Below are positions 63,608 through 64,000 of a stretch of 64,000 nt of DNA, piece by piece. Numbering within the stretch: position 1 is the stretch's first letter; each line of letters starts with the position of its first letter. Both the position numbers and the translations under genes were made by a program. The stretch is from Camelus dromedarius (taxonomy: Eukaryota): positions 61,940,001 to 62,004,000 of the forward strand of contig NC_087437.1 of assembly GCF_036321535.1 (NCBI RefSeq), given 5' to 3'. The notes under the pieces are model-generated. The model saw only the letters and a list, made by a program, of their open reading frames with translations. It searched no databases and had not been told where the DNA came from.

Positions 63608-64000
63608 GGGCTGTGGGTAAATTGTTTGCAAAGATAGTGCCCATCATTCTTCCCATCCCTGTCCCTCATGCCACTTCTCCCACCACTTGAGCTTAGGATG
63701 ACCTTCTGACTTGCTTTGACCAATAGAAAGTGGCAGAAGTGACTGTGCCCGTTCAGGGCTTAGCTCATGGGACTGGCAGCTTCTTCTTTCCTGTTGGGAT
63801 CCAGCCATCAGGTAAGGAAGCCACCTTCATTCAGGCACTGAATGATGAGAAGCCATATGGAGAGAGAAGTCTCAGTCTGGGAGCCATCCCCTTATAGCCC
63901 CAGACATGTGAATGAGGTCATCTTAGACCATCCAGTGCCAGCAGAGCCACCACACAATTATAGTCTCATGAAGAGCTCAGGAGAGACTAGAAACAGCCAA
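63608..64000 (+). mobile_element. MaLR LTR (MLT1G/H-like), runs off the window
   Basis: gacttgctttgaccaatagaa...gcagaagtgac...ccagacatgtgaatgagg. Confidence 0.75.

Noticed and set aside
22100..64000. Exons or CpG-island promoter of ZNF148, the neighbour expected from human/mouse synteny
   Set aside because: No large CpG island or C2H2 zinc-finger coding sequence is visible; presumably beyond the window.
1..64000. CRISPR arrays, operons, rRNA, intact retroviral gag/pol/env or transposase genes
   Set aside because: None seen; the sequence is intron-rich mammalian DNA with only fragmentary TEs.

Overview
Mammalian genomic DNA, most likely a camelid: it carries tRNA-derived Vic-type SINEs and cetartiodactyl-type L1 3' ends, and I saw no Alu, Bov-tA/BovB, PRE-1 or Can-SINE. 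Bases 1-22.1 kb hold the last seven coding exons of SNX4 (sorting nexin 4) on the + strand. All splice junctions are GT-AG and phase-consistent, encoding 208 C-terminal residues that end ...KECFSKM*, followed by a ~1.1 kb 3' UTR. The rest (22-64 kb) has no intact recognisable gene and is rich in L1, L2, MIR, MaLR/ERV LTRs and hAT elements. Most ORFs in the supplied track are repeat remnants or chance. Best leads: (1) a chain of minus-strand exon-like segments in unique DNA at 51-63 kb, which may be a decayed unitary pseudogene or a spliced lncRNA; (2) a candidate cryptic/poison SNX4 exon next to (TG)25; (3) a cluster of same-orientation CTCF motifs with CpG/E-box patches at 29-34 kb; (4) two structurally unusual L1 insertions bounded by clear target-site duplications. 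No new system is demonstrated; these are hypotheses. Repeat boundaries and family names were assigned by eye and are approximate.
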